A stretch of DNA of 64,000 bases, from assembly GCA_903919455.1 (NCBI GenBank), contig CAIXIJ010000023.1, forward strand, positions 2,626 through 66,625, read 5' to 3'. Source of the stretch: an uncultured Acidimicrobiaceae bacterium (lineage in GTDB: Bacteria > Actinomycetota > Acidimicrobiia > Acidimicrobiales > Ilumatobacteraceae). The notes beneath the pieces were generated by a model that worked only from the letters and a program-made list of their open reading frames with translations, was not told where the DNA came from and made no database searches. Made by a program: the position numbers and the translations under genes. Shown here one piece after another: positions 45,758-53,991 of this stretch (position 1 is the first letter of the stretch; every line of letters starts with the position of its first letter).

Positions 45758-46084
45758 ATGCCGAGCCTGCCGTTCAACAATCCCAACTGGGCTCCCGACC
45801 TCGCCGACACGGTCGAGCGGGTCGTGGGCAAGGTACGCACCACTGCCACCGACAACGCGGTGAAGGCGTCACGCGCCGTCGTGTTCGGTGTGCTCATCGT
45901 GCTCGCCGTGCTGGTGGCCGTGCCGTTGGCCATCATCCTCTCGCTCGGCATCTTGCGCGAACTGCTCGGGTTCTTCGTGTCCCACGGTCGCGCCGTCTAT
46001 CTCAGCTACTACATCCTCGGCATCACGCTGATGATCGGTGGCTTCATTGCACTGCACATGCGCCACAAGGGAGCAACTGAGTGA
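45758..46084 (+). CDS. Small membrane protein (2-3 TM), unknown function
   Basis: 108 aa. Its stop overlaps the trxB GTG (GTGA). Confidence 0.55.
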   Translation: MPSLPFNNPNWAPDLADTVERVVGKVRTTATDNAVKASRAVVFGVLIVLAVLVAVPLAIILSLGILRELLGFFVSHGRAVYLSYYILGITLMIGGFIALHMRHKGATE

Positions 46085-47028
46085 GCCACCATCAGGTCGT
46101 CATCGTCGGATCGGGGCCGGCCGGCCTCACCGCCGCCATCTATACGGCACGAGCCAGCCTTGCGCCGCTCGTCATCGAAGGCGAGCCCAGCAGCACCAGC
46201 GACCAGCCCGGTGGCCAATTGATGCTCACCACCGAGGTAGAGAACTTCCCTGGCTTTCCCGACGGCATCATGGGCCCCGAACTGATGATGCGCTGCCGCG
46301 AACAGGCCGCCCGTTTCGGTGCCGAGTTCCTCACTGCCAAAGCCACCGCCATCGACTTCAGCGCCCGCCCGTTCAAAATCTGGGTGCGCGACGACCTGTT
46401 CACCGCCGACACCGTCATCGTCAGCACGGGTGCCCAGAGCCTGATGCTGGGTCTGGAAGCCGAGGGTCGCCTCCTCGGACATGGTCTGTCCACCTGCGCC
46501 ACCTGCGATGGGTTCTTCTTCCGTGGTCAGGAGATTGCCGTCGTGGGTGGCGGCGACTCCGCCATCGAGGAAGCGACCTTTCTCACCAAGTTCGCCTCCA
46601 AGGTCACCCTGTTGGTGCGCCGCGACGAACTGAGGGCCAGCAAGATCATGCAGGAGCGAGCGCACAACAACGAAAAGATCGAGATCCGCTGGAACAGCGT
46701 GGTCGACGACCTGCTGGGCACCGAGAAACTCGAGGGTGCCATCGTGCGCGACACCGTCACCGGCGCCACCACCACGCTTCCCGTCACCGGTCTGTTCGTG
46801 GCCATCGGCCACCGCCCCAACACCGATCTGTTCAAGGGCGTGCTCGACATGGAAGACAACGGTTACCTGGTCACCCGGCCGGGTTCGTCGTACACGAACA
46901 TCGACGGCGTCTTTGCCTGCGGCGACGTGCAGGATCACACCTACCGCCAGGCCATCACGGCGGCTGGCTCGGGCTGCATGGCCGCGATCGACTGCGAGCG
47001 TTGGCTGGAATCAGCCGGCCATCACTGA
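46081..47028 (+). CDS. trxB: Thioredoxin-disulfide reductase
   Basis: 315 aa with [16 protein letters not shown], the redox centre CATCDG and GGGDSA. Confidence 0.96.
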   Translation: MSHHQVVIVGSGPAGLTAAIYTARASLAPLVIEGEPSSTSDQPGGQLMLTTEVENFPGFPDGIMGPELMMRCREQAARFGAEFLTAKATAIDFSARPFKIWVRDDLFTADTVIVSTGAQSLMLGLEAEGRLLGHGLSTCATCDGFFFRGQEIAVVGGGDSAIEEATFLTKFASKVTLLVRRDELRASKIMQERAHNNEKIEIRWNSVVDDLLGTEKLEGAIVRDTVTGATTTLPVTGLFVAIGHRPNTDLFKGVLDMEDNGYLVTRPGSSYTNIDGVFACGDVQDHTYRQAITAAGSGCMAAIDCERWLESAGHH

Positions 47029-47102
47029 CGTCAGGAATGAGCTGCCCGTCCCGTTGGTTGATGGGCGGTAAGCTCACGCTCCCCAGCGAAAGGACCTGCT
47101 CC

Positions 47103-47438
47103 ATGGCCGATGGCATCGTCACCCTCACCACGTCCACCTTCGACGAAACCGTTGCATCCAGCGACAAGCCGATCGTGGTCGACTTCTGGGCCGAATGGTG
47201 CGGCCCCTGCAAGATGATCGCCCCCATCCTCGGCGAGATCGCCACAGAGCAGACCGCCATCACGGTGGCCAAGCTGAACGTGGACGAGAACCCCGAGATC
47301 GCGATGCGCTTCAACGTGATGAGCATCCCCACCCTGCTGGTGTTCCAGAAGGGCGAGGTGGCCAAGCGCCTCGTCGGCGCCAAGGGCAAGGGTCAGCTGC
47401 TCCAGGAGCTCGACGAATTTCTGCCTACTTCCCGCTGA
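47103..47438 (+). CDS. trxA: Thioredoxin
   Basis: 111 aa with [13 protein letters not shown]. Confidence 0.96.
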   Translation: MADGIVTLTTSTFDETVASSDKPIVVDFWAEWCGPCKMIAPILGEIATEQTAITVAKLNVDENPEIAMRFNVMSIPTLLVFQKGEVAKRLVGAKGKGQLLQELDEFLPTSR

Positions 47439-48394
47439 CACCCGGTCAGCGCGGCGAGGCCATTCGAGACCTACAACGCCGCCTCGGCACCGCCGGGTTT
47501 CCACCCGCCCCGGGAGCCGAGGCGGGGTTTTTCTGCGCCCGCACACAGGCAGCGGTGTCGGCTTTTCAGGAGGCACGCGGGCTGCGTATCGACGGGGCAT
47601 GCGACGAAACCACCTGGACAGCCCTGGTGGAGGCCAGCTGGAAGCTGGGTAGTCGCATGCTGTTGCTCACTTCGCCGAACATGCGCGGCGACGATGTGGC
47701 CGAGTTGCAGGACGGGCTCAACCACATCGGGTTCTCATGCGGCCGAGTGGATGGCATCTTCGGGCCACGCACGGCAAAGGCCCTCACGGCATTCCAGAGC
47801 AACTGCGGTCTGCACGACGACGCAGTGTGCGGCCCTGAGACCATCCGCACATTGACGGTGGTGCGCAGCCAGAGCGGCTCGGGCCCCGGCGTACAGGTGT
47901 TGCGCGAGACGGAGCGCCTTCGCGAAGGCCTTGCCTCCATGCACGACTGCAAGGTGGTGGTTGGCCAATTCAGCGGTCTCAGCGCGCTCACACGCACGCT
48001 GGCGAGAGAACTGCGGCTTCGTGGCGCAACGGTGATGCCCCTCGACGAGCCCGACCCCTTGGCCCAAGCCCTCGCTGCAAACCAGTTCGGTGCGCACTGC
48101 TACCTCGGGTTCGAAACCAGCGCCGAGGCCATGGCGGTGGCGCACTTTTATCAGGTGCCGACATTCGAGTCGGTTGGGGGCCGGGCGTTGGCCGAAGCCA
48201 TGGCACACGAGCTGGCCACCGTGGCCGGCCTACAGCCCACCACGGCCGGTATGCGCCTTCCTGTGCTCCGCGAAACCCGTATGCCAGCGGTGCTGTTCAC
48301 GGTGGGCCCTGTACGCGTGGCCACTGATGCGACGCCGGCGATCGTCGCAGGAGTCATCCGGGCGCTCGAACTGTGGATCTCCCGCGCGACCTGA
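47435..48394 (+). CDS. cwlM: CwlM-like protein: two PG_binding_1 domains + degenerate amidase_3 domain
   Basis: Two peptidoglycan-binding repeats are present (IRDLQRRLG...[15 protein letters not shown] and VAELQDGLN...[15 protein letters not shown]). The amidase_3-like C-terminus lacks the Zn-His motifs. No ATG, GTG or TTG is available, so the first plausible codon is CTG 47435, which overlaps the trxA TGA. Confidence 0.75.
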   Translation: MTPGQRGEAIRDLQRRLGTAGFPPAPGAEAGFFCARTQAAVSAFQEARGLRIDGACDETTWTALVEASWKLGSRMLLLTSPNMRGDDVAELQDGLNHIGFSCGRVDGIFGPRTAKALTAFQSNCGLHDDAVCGPETIRTLTVVRSQSGSGPGVQVLRETERLREGLASMHDCKVVVGQFSGLSALTRTLARELRLRGATVMPLDEPDPLAQALAANQFGAHCYLGFETSAEAMAVAHFYQVPTFESVGGRALAEAMAHELATVAGLQPTTAGMRLPVLRETRMPAVLFTVGPVRVATDATPAIVAGVIRALELWISRAT

Positions 48395-48398
48395 GGGT

Positions 48399-48419
48399 TT
48401 ATCCACAGGTTTTTCCACG
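48399..48419. promoter_or_regulatory. DnaA-box-like pair in the convergent cwlM/parB spacer
   Basis: TTATCCACA (perfect E. coli-type box) lies at 48399-48407 and TTTTCCACG at 48411-48419. TGTGGATCT lies at 48373-48381 inside the cwlM 3' end. Confidence 0.35.
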
Positions 48420-48481
48420 GGTGTGTGTAACCCTTCAGATGAGGGTTGTCGTGACATGACCACTTTGGGTGGTCTCTCACC

Positions 48482-49414
48482 TCATTCGGTGGTGGAACCG
48501 CTGGTCATTTGATGGTAGATCCTCTCGAGATCTTCAAGATCAGCAAATTCGATGACAACCTTGCCCTTCTTGTCGCCCATCGTCACGCTCACGCGTGTGG
48601 ACAAGTGATCGGCCAAAAGGTGCTCGAGTTCGAGCAAACCAGGTGGCCGAAGCTTGGTGCCTTCGGCGATGCCAGCGCCATCCGACGGCGGTCGCTGCTT
48701 CGGGGCCGAATCGTTGTCGTCTGCGGCTGGATCGTCGGCACCACCCCGCTGCTTCACGGCGTCTTCCAACGCGCGAACCGACCAACCCTCCGTCGACGCT
48801 CGGCGCGCCAGTTGCTCTTGGAATGCTCGGTCGGGTGTGCCGAGCAGCGCGCGAGCGTGACCGGCGCTGAGGCGACCGTCGGCCAACAACGCCTGGATCG
48901 CAGCCGGCAGCGACATGAGTCGCAGTGTGTTGGAGATGGCGGACCGGCTCTTGCCGACGCGCTCGGCCACCTGCTCGTGGGTGAGTGAGAAGTCCTCGAT
49001 GAGCTGCTGGTAGGCAGCCGCCTCCTCCAGCGGAGTGAGATCCTGTCGGTGCAGGTTCTCCACCAACGCCTGCTCCATCGAGCCCATGTCGTCGGTGGTG
49101 CGCACGACCGCCGGGATCACGGCGAGGCCAGCACGACGAGCGGCGCGCCACCGTCGCTCGCCCGCGATCAACTCATACGTGTCGTTGCCGGCCGCTCGCA
49201 CCAGCACCGGCTGCAGCACGCCGATCTCACGGATCGACGCCGACAGTTCGGCCAGTGACTCCTCGTCGAAGTACACACGGGGCTGGTGCGGGTTGGGAAC
49301 GATGCTGGTGATCGGCAGGTCTTCCAACCGAGGCTGATCGCCGGTGACCACTGCGGTGGCATCGGCGGGAATGAGTGCACCGAGGCCCTTTCCGAGTCCA
49401 CTAAGCCGCGCCAC
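48482..49414 (-). CDS. parB: Chromosome partitioning protein ParB
   Basis: 310 aa with the ParB box IVPNPHQPR, the arginine patch GERRWRAA and an HTH region. Confidence 0.96.
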   Translation of the reverse strand: MARLSGLGKGLGALIPADATAVVTGDQPRLEDLPITSIVPNPHQPRVYFDEESLAELSASIREIGVLQPVLVRAAGNDTYELIAGERRWRAARRAGLAVIPAVVRTTDDMGSMEQALVENLHRQDLTPLEEAAAYQQLIEDFSLTHEQVAERVGKSRSAISNTLRLMSLPAAIQALLADGRLSAGHARALLGTPDRAFQEQLARRASTEGWSVRALEDAVKQRGGADDPAADDNDSAPKQRPPSDGAGIAEGTKLRPPGLLELEHLLADHLSTRVSVTMGDKKGKVVIEFADLEDLERIYHQMTSGSTTE

Positions 49415-50198
49415 CGCTGACCTCCTTCGCTACGCCGCGGTACGCCGTGGCGCCACGCGATCGAGGATCGAACACAATAATCGGCTGCCCGAAGGATGGC
49501 GCTTCGGCGAGACGGGTAGTACGCGGCACCACCGAACGACAAACCTTGTCGCCGAAGTGCTCGCGCACCTCCTTCACCACTTCCGCAGACAGCTTCGTTC
49601 GCTGGTCGAACATCACGCACACGATGGTGCTGACTTCAAGGCGTGGATTCAGGCTGCGCTTCACGAGATCAACATTGCGCAGCAACTGGCCCAAGCCTTC
49701 AAGTGCGTAGTACTCACACTGAATCGGTACCAAAACCTCGCTGGCGGCGTTGAGACCATTCACGGTGAGCAGACCGAGCGACGGGGGGCAGTCGATCAGG
49801 ACGTAGTCGTAATCATCGAGGACGGCCTCGATGGACCTCCGCAAGCGGTTCTCTCGGCTAAAGGCGGGAACCAGTTCGATTTCGGCGCCTGCCAGGTCGA
49901 GGCTGGCCGGTGCGACAAAGAGGTTCTTCACGGACGTGGGCTCGATGCAATTCTCCAACGGCACCTCGTGCATGATCACGTGGTACATGGAGGTTTCGAG
50001 ACCGCGGTTCTCGATGCCAAGACCCGTGGACGCATTGCCCTGGGGGTCGAGGTCGACAATGAGGGTGCGGTAGCCCAGTTCAGCGAGGCAGGCACCAAGG
50101 TTGATGGTGGTCGTGGTCTTGCCGACACCGCCCTTTTGGTTGGCAACGGCGATCACACGGGGGAGCGGACGGCTCCCCTCGGCTTCTGAGGTCATCAA
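49401..50198 (-). CDS. parA: Chromosome partitioning ATPase ParA/Soj
   Basis: 265 aa with the deviant Walker A motif NQKGGVGKTTT. Confidence 0.96.
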   Translation of the reverse strand: MMTSEAEGSRPLPRVIAVANQKGGVGKTTTTINLGACLAELGYRTLIVDLDPQGNASTGLGIENRGLETSMYHVIMHEVPLENCIEPTSVKNLFVAPASLDLAGAEIELVPAFSRENRLRRSIEAVLDDYDYVLIDCPPSLGLLTVNGLNAASEVLVPIQCEYYALEGLGQLLRNVDLVKRSLNPRLEVSTIVCVMFDQRTKLSAEVVKEVREHFGDKVCRSVVPRTTRLAEAPSFGQPIIVFDPRSRGATAYRGVAKEVSGGAA

Positions 50199-50364
50199 GG
50201 AACATCTCCTGAGCGCTCACGAGCCCGAGAACTACGGGCGAACGAAGCCCAAGGATAGCGGAGTACGGCCGCCGCTGGGGGGATACCACGGACAACAACC
50301 CTGCCTACCAGCGGGAATCCGAGCCTGTGGCCTTTCATGACACCAACCCATGTGGGTCTGAGGT

Positions 50365-50380
50365 TGTTTCACGTGAAACA
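50365..50380. promoter_or_regulatory. parS: parS site 1
   Basis: TGTTTCACGTGAAACA is a perfect 16-bp palindrome matching the consensus tGTTNCACGTGAAAca. Confidence 0.9.
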
Positions 50381-50410
50381 CTCCCACCATCGAGACATCC
50401 CGGCTGCGGT

Positions 50411-50426
50411 TGTTTCACGTGAAACA
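50411..50426. promoter_or_regulatory. parS: parS site 2
   Basis: TGTTTCACGTGAAACA, identical to site 1. The flanks are also partly repeated (GGT before the site, CTCCCAC after it). Confidence 0.9.
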
Positions 50427-50550
50427 TTGGGGACTCCCACGACCAGGACGTGGGCCTGACTGGTGGGGAAGCGGTTGATAGGCGCGCCACGTCGTTGCAC
50501 ACTGCACCATGTCTGATGCAGGTCGCTGTCGTCAGAGGAGCGTCGTGCGA

Positions 50551-50566
50551 TGTTTCACGTGAAACG
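50551..50566. promoter_or_regulatory. parS: parS site 3
   Basis: TGTTTCACGTGAAACG, with one mismatch at the last position. It directly abuts the rsmG stop codon. Confidence 0.85.
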
Positions 50567-51106
50567 TCAGAGCCGACGGAAGACCCGAACGCCCTCGTCG
50601 CGACCGCAGTCCGTCAGCCCTACCGAGGCCAACATCGGTGCCGGCCAACGGCGTGGGTCGTCTTCGGGTGGCTCGCTGACCACCAACACGCCATCGGGCT
50701 GCAGCAGTACCGAGGCCCACTTGGCGGTGATGTGCGGCGCAGCAAAACTTCGTGCAGTGACCACATCGAACGACCCAGGGGAGCGATCGGCGAGTACTTT
50801 CACGTCGTCGGCCACCACCGTCACTCGATCCGCAAGATCCAGCGCGTGCACGGCCCGGCGCAGCAGATCGGCCCGGGTGGCACGGCGCTCGACCAAGGTG
50901 ATGAGCAATGATGGGCAGCGCACGGCGATCACCAGGCCGGGCAGTCCCCCACCCGACCCTAGATCGACCAAGGTCCCGGCCGTAGCCGGGACCTTGCGTA
51001 CGTATTGTTCTGCGTGCTCGATGGCACGTGAGATCGACGATTCGCCGATGGCCCCCCGAGACTGAATCGCCTCGAGTGCCGCCACCAGGGCGGTGTCGTC
51101 AGTCAT
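50567..51106 (-). CDS. rsmG: 16S rRNA (guanine527-N7)-methyltransferase RsmG (GidB)
   Basis: 179 aa with the SAM motif LVDLGSGGGLPGLV. Confidence 0.93.
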   Translation of the reverse strand: MTDDTALVAALEAIQSRGAIGESSISRAIEHAEQYVRKVPATAGTLVDLGSGGGLPGLVIAVRCPSLLITLVERRATRADLLRRAVHALDLADRVTVVADDVKVLADRSPGSFDVVTARSFAAPHITAKWASVLLQPDGVLVVSEPPEDDPRRWPAPMLASVGLTDCGRDEGVRVFRRL

Positions 51107-51992
51107 TCGCCGGAGCGATGATCACCCGGCGGTACGGGTCGTCGCCCTCGGAACGAGTGGCGATGCCCTCGAGGTCCGAGAGGGTGTCGTGGATGATCTT
51201 GCGGTCGGCAGACGACATCGGCTCGAGGACCCGGGCGACGCCGGATGCCTTCACCTCATCGGCCATCTGCACGGCGAACTTACCGAGTGCCTCGCGACGA
51301 CGCTCGCGGTAGCCACCGACATCGATGCGCAGGCGAGTGTCGTGGTCGCCGAGACGACGCTGCGATGCAACGCGGGCCAGATCCTGCACAGCCTGCAGCG
51401 TGGTGCCACGGGGTCCGACCAGCAGGCCGAGTTCCTTTCCATGCACTCGCAACTCGAGGTCGTCGCCGTCCTCGACGAGTTCCACGGTGCCCTCGGCGCC
51501 AAACGCCTGGATCAGTCCGGTCATGAACTTGCTGGCTTCTTCGCCCACCTGACGTGCGTCCACGGCGTGCTCCTCGCTGGTCTGTGCTTGCTGGTTCGAT
51601 GCTGTCTCGGACTTTGGTGCGGCGGCCTTCTTGGGTCGCGGCTGCTGACGCGGGCGGGGTGCACCACCACCCGACTTCTCGCCGCGGGCAGCGTTGGTGC
51701 GCTCCCCGGCCGGAGCCTTCTCGCCGCCGGCCGACTTGTCGGCCTTCTCGGTCTTGTCAGCCTTGTCTGACTTGTCGCCGCGCTTGCGGTCGCGACGGTC
51801 GAGCTTCTGGCGCACCTGGGCCGGACGGACACGAGCCCGCACCCGAGCCTCGCCGCGCACTCGGCCGAACAAGCCGGCCTTGGGCTCTTCGAGGATCTCG
51901 AACTCTGCGTCCTCGAGGTGGACGCCGAGTTGATCGAGGGCCTTTTCCTTGGCTTCTTCCAGGGTCTTGCCCGTGGTTTCTACGAATTCCAT
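51099..51992 (-). CDS. jag: Jag/KhpB-type RNA-binding protein (Jag_N + KH + R3H) with long charged linker
   Basis: The start is chosen at MEFVETTGKTLEEAKEKAL. The KH/R3H C-terminus contains LLVGPRGTTLQAVQDL and SSADRKIIHDTL. A K/D/E/G-rich linker of about 90 aa separates the domains. Confidence 0.88.
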   Translation of the reverse strand: MEFVETTGKTLEEAKEKALDQLGVHLEDAEFEILEEPKAGLFGRVRGEARVRARVRPAQVRQKLDRRDRKRGDKSDKADKTEKADKSAGGEKAPAGERTNAARGEKSGGGAPRPRQQPRPKKAAAPKSETASNQQAQTSEEHAVDARQVGEEASKFMTGLIQAFGAEGTVELVEDGDDLELRVHGKELGLLVGPRGTTLQAVQDLARVASQRRLGDHDTRLRIDVGGYRERRREALGKFAVQMADEVKASGVARVLEPMSSADRKIIHDTLSDLEGIATRSEGDDPYRRVIIAPAND

Positions 51993-52005
51993 GTGTGGAG
52001 ACCAG

Positions 52006-53019
52006 TCACTTCTTCTTCGAGTTGTTGGCATCGGGCCGAGCGGCCTTGCCGGTGGACGGCGGGCGTCCACTGGTCTTCGACGCCGTGGGCGTGGGCTTGT
52101 TCTTGGGCGGGGTGACCCGCTTGCTGGTAGTGGGGGCGTTCTTGGCCTGGGCCGACGCCTTCTGTTCGGCCTGTTGCTTGGCCTGAGCGAAGAACCCGCC
52201 GGCCTTGGCGCCACCGGCTTCCTTGTGCAGCTCCCGGGCACGGTCGCCGGCTGCCTGCGCCTGGCGGCCAAGCGATTCCTCGCCCTTGTAGAAGCGGTGG
52301 GTGATGTACCAGTTCAGACCGATGCGGAACACCGCCTGGGCGAAGTAGTAGATCACCAAACCGGTGAGGTAGAAGCCCATGAAGACGGCGAACACCACAG
52401 GCAGGTACTGCATCAGTTTCTGCTGGGTGGGCGACACCGTGGGGGAGACCGCCGCTCGGGACGCCACCATGCGTTGCTGCACGAAGTACAGCCCGCCCAA
52501 CAGCAGCACGAGACCCACGTAGAGCAGGCCCTGCGTGAACGACTCGCTCATCATCGAGTATGGACGCTTCGACAGGTCGAGGCCCCAGGCCATCATCTCG
52601 TTCTGGCCGACGAGCGACTTGTAGAGCTCGGACGACTTGCTGACGTACTGCGGAGCGAAGGTGCCGTCGGGGCCCTCAGTGGTGAGGCCGTGGAGCACGC
52701 GGAACATGACGATGAACACCGGCATCTGCAGCAGCAGCGGGAAACACGAGGCCATCGGGTTGACCTTGTGCTCCTGATAGAGCTTCATCATCTCTTCGTT
52801 GAGCTTCTGCCGGTCGCCGCGGTACTGGTTCTGCAGCTTCTTCATCTCCGGCTGGAGCTTCTGCATCTCGAGCATGCCCTTGGTGCTCTTCAGCACCAGC
52901 GGCGCCGTCACCAGCATCACCACGAGGGCGATGAGCGAGATGGCCAAGATGTAGTTGTGGGTGATGGCGTAGAACCACGCGAGCAGCGCGGCCGGGTACT
53001 CGAACAAACCGGCAATCAT
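52006..53019 (-). CDS. yidC: Membrane protein insertase YidC
   Basis: 337 aa with the 60-kDa IMP core ([31 protein letters not shown]) and a basic C-terminal tail. Confidence 0.95.
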   Translation of the reverse strand: MIAGLFEYPAALLAWFYAITHNYILAISLIALVVMLVTAPLVLKSTKGMLEMQKLQPEMKKLQNQYRGDRQKLNEEMMKLYQEHKVNPMASCFPLLLQMPVFIVMFRVLHGLTTEGPDGTFAPQYVSKSSELYKSLVGQNEMMAWGLDLSKRPYSMMSESFTQGLLYVGLVLLLGGLYFVQQRMVASRAAVSPTVSPTQQKLMQYLPVVFAVFMGFYLTGLVIYYFAQAVFRIGLNWYITHRFYKGEESLGRQAQAAGDRARELHKEAGGAKAGGFFAQAKQQAEQKASAQAKNAPTTSKRVTPPKNKPTPTASKTSGRPPSTGKAARPDANNSKKK

Positions 53020-53261
53020 GCGACGGACCCCTTCGGGGAGAGATGGGACGAGCGATCAGGGTGTGCCTCAGGCACGGGATCCCAGCCCGATGGGCCAAAC
53101 GGCCGGCAACGGACCAGGCGACGCAACGTGAGCCACAGGCCACGCCAGCGACCGTGGACCTCGAGGGCCTCGACGGCGTAGGCGCTGCACGATGGCGTGA
53201 AGCGACAGGGGGAGGGGCGTCCCTCCGCGGCCTTCTGATAGCCGATGACCAGGCGAATCAG
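53016..53261 (-). CDS. yidD: Membrane protein insertion efficiency factor YidD
   Basis: Contains the conserved [33 protein letters not shown]. No ATG, GTG or TTG lies between the core and the far-upstream ATG, so the start was placed at the CTG overlapping the rnpA TGA. The start is uncertain. Confidence 0.75.
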   Translation of the reverse strand: MIRLVIGYQKAAEGRPSPCRFTPSCSAYAVEALEVHGRWRGLWLTLRRLVRCRPFGPSGWDPVPEAHPDRSSHLSPKGSVA

Positions 53262-53593
53262 GAGGGAATCCGATCGAGCAGGCCGCTCAGATCGAACTGC
53301 AGTTCGACGCGTGACTTCGACGCGGCGATGGGTTTGGCGCCGAACAGATACGTCCCCGCCGGCAGTCGGCCGACGGACGATGCGTCCTGCAACATGGCCC
53401 GCAACTGGCGACGAACACGGTTTCGTACCACCGCGGGTCCGAGCGCGCGACCCAGGGCGAACGCCACACGCGGGGGTGTGGTGATGCCTGGAGGATCGAG
53501 AATGTACGTGCACCACAGGACTCCGGCCCGAGCGCGCTGCCCTTCCGCCGTGAGGCGTGCGAACTCGCGGCGCTCTCGGATGCGCCAGATCAA
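53258..53593 (-). CDS. rnpA: Ribonuclease P protein component
   Basis: 111 aa with RERREFARL... and [11 protein letters not shown]. An ATGA overlap joins it to the rpmH stop. Confidence 0.93.
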   Translation of the reverse strand: MIWRIRERREFARLTAEGQRARAGVLWCTYILDPPGITTPPRVAFALGRALGPAVVRNRVRRQLRAMLQDASSVGRLPAGTYLFGAKPIAASKSRVELQFDLSGLLDRIPS

Positions 53594-53724
53594 GCCGACA
53601 GCTTGTGGCGGCCCTTGTCGCGCCGTGCCTTCAGCACAGCGCGGCCGGCCCGGGTGCTCATCCGCTGACGGAAGCCATGCTTCTTGGCTCGGCGGCGGTT
53701 ATTGGGTTGGTAGGTGCGCTTCAC
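53590..53724 (-). CDS. rpmH: 50S ribosomal protein L34
   Basis: The GTG start at 53724 is preceded by GAGGAGGG. 44 aa: [44 protein letters not shown]. Confidence 0.95.
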   Translation of the reverse strand: MKRTYQPNNRRRAKKHGFRQRMSTRAGRAVLKARRDKGRHKLSA

Positions 53725-53931
53725 GCAGCCCTCCTCGAGCTGCACACGGCAGCACTCACGGGTCGACAACAAATTCGTTCGGAACGGCGCGCCGCACAGC
53801 GGCGGCAAACGCCAGAACAGCTAGCAAGACTACGGTCGCGCGACACCAAGTGGCAACCGAAGCACGCGCAAGCACCACCGTTCGGAGACGGTGCCGAAAT
53901 TTGCTACGGTGCGCACCTTGCGCGGTTTTGG

Positions 53932-53964
53932 TTGTCCACACGATGTGGACAATGATGTGGATGT
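53932..53964. promoter_or_regulatory. DnaA boxes immediately upstream of dnaA (autoregulation/origin-flanking cluster)
   Basis: TTGTCCACA (53932-53940) and TGTGGACAA (53944-53952) form a perfect inverted pair 3 nt apart. TGTGGATGT lies at 53956-53964. The SD AAGGAGG at 53980-53986 follows. Confidence 0.75.
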
Positions 53965-53991
53965 TGAACAACGTTCAGAAAGGAGGCGCAG

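Noticed and set aside
53262-53516. The upstream extension of the yidD ORF to the ATG at 53516 (166-aa version)
   Set aside because: It would overlap nearly all of rnpA in another frame, and the extra residues are Arg/His-rich with no YidD similarity. The short form was preferred despite its lack of a canonical start.
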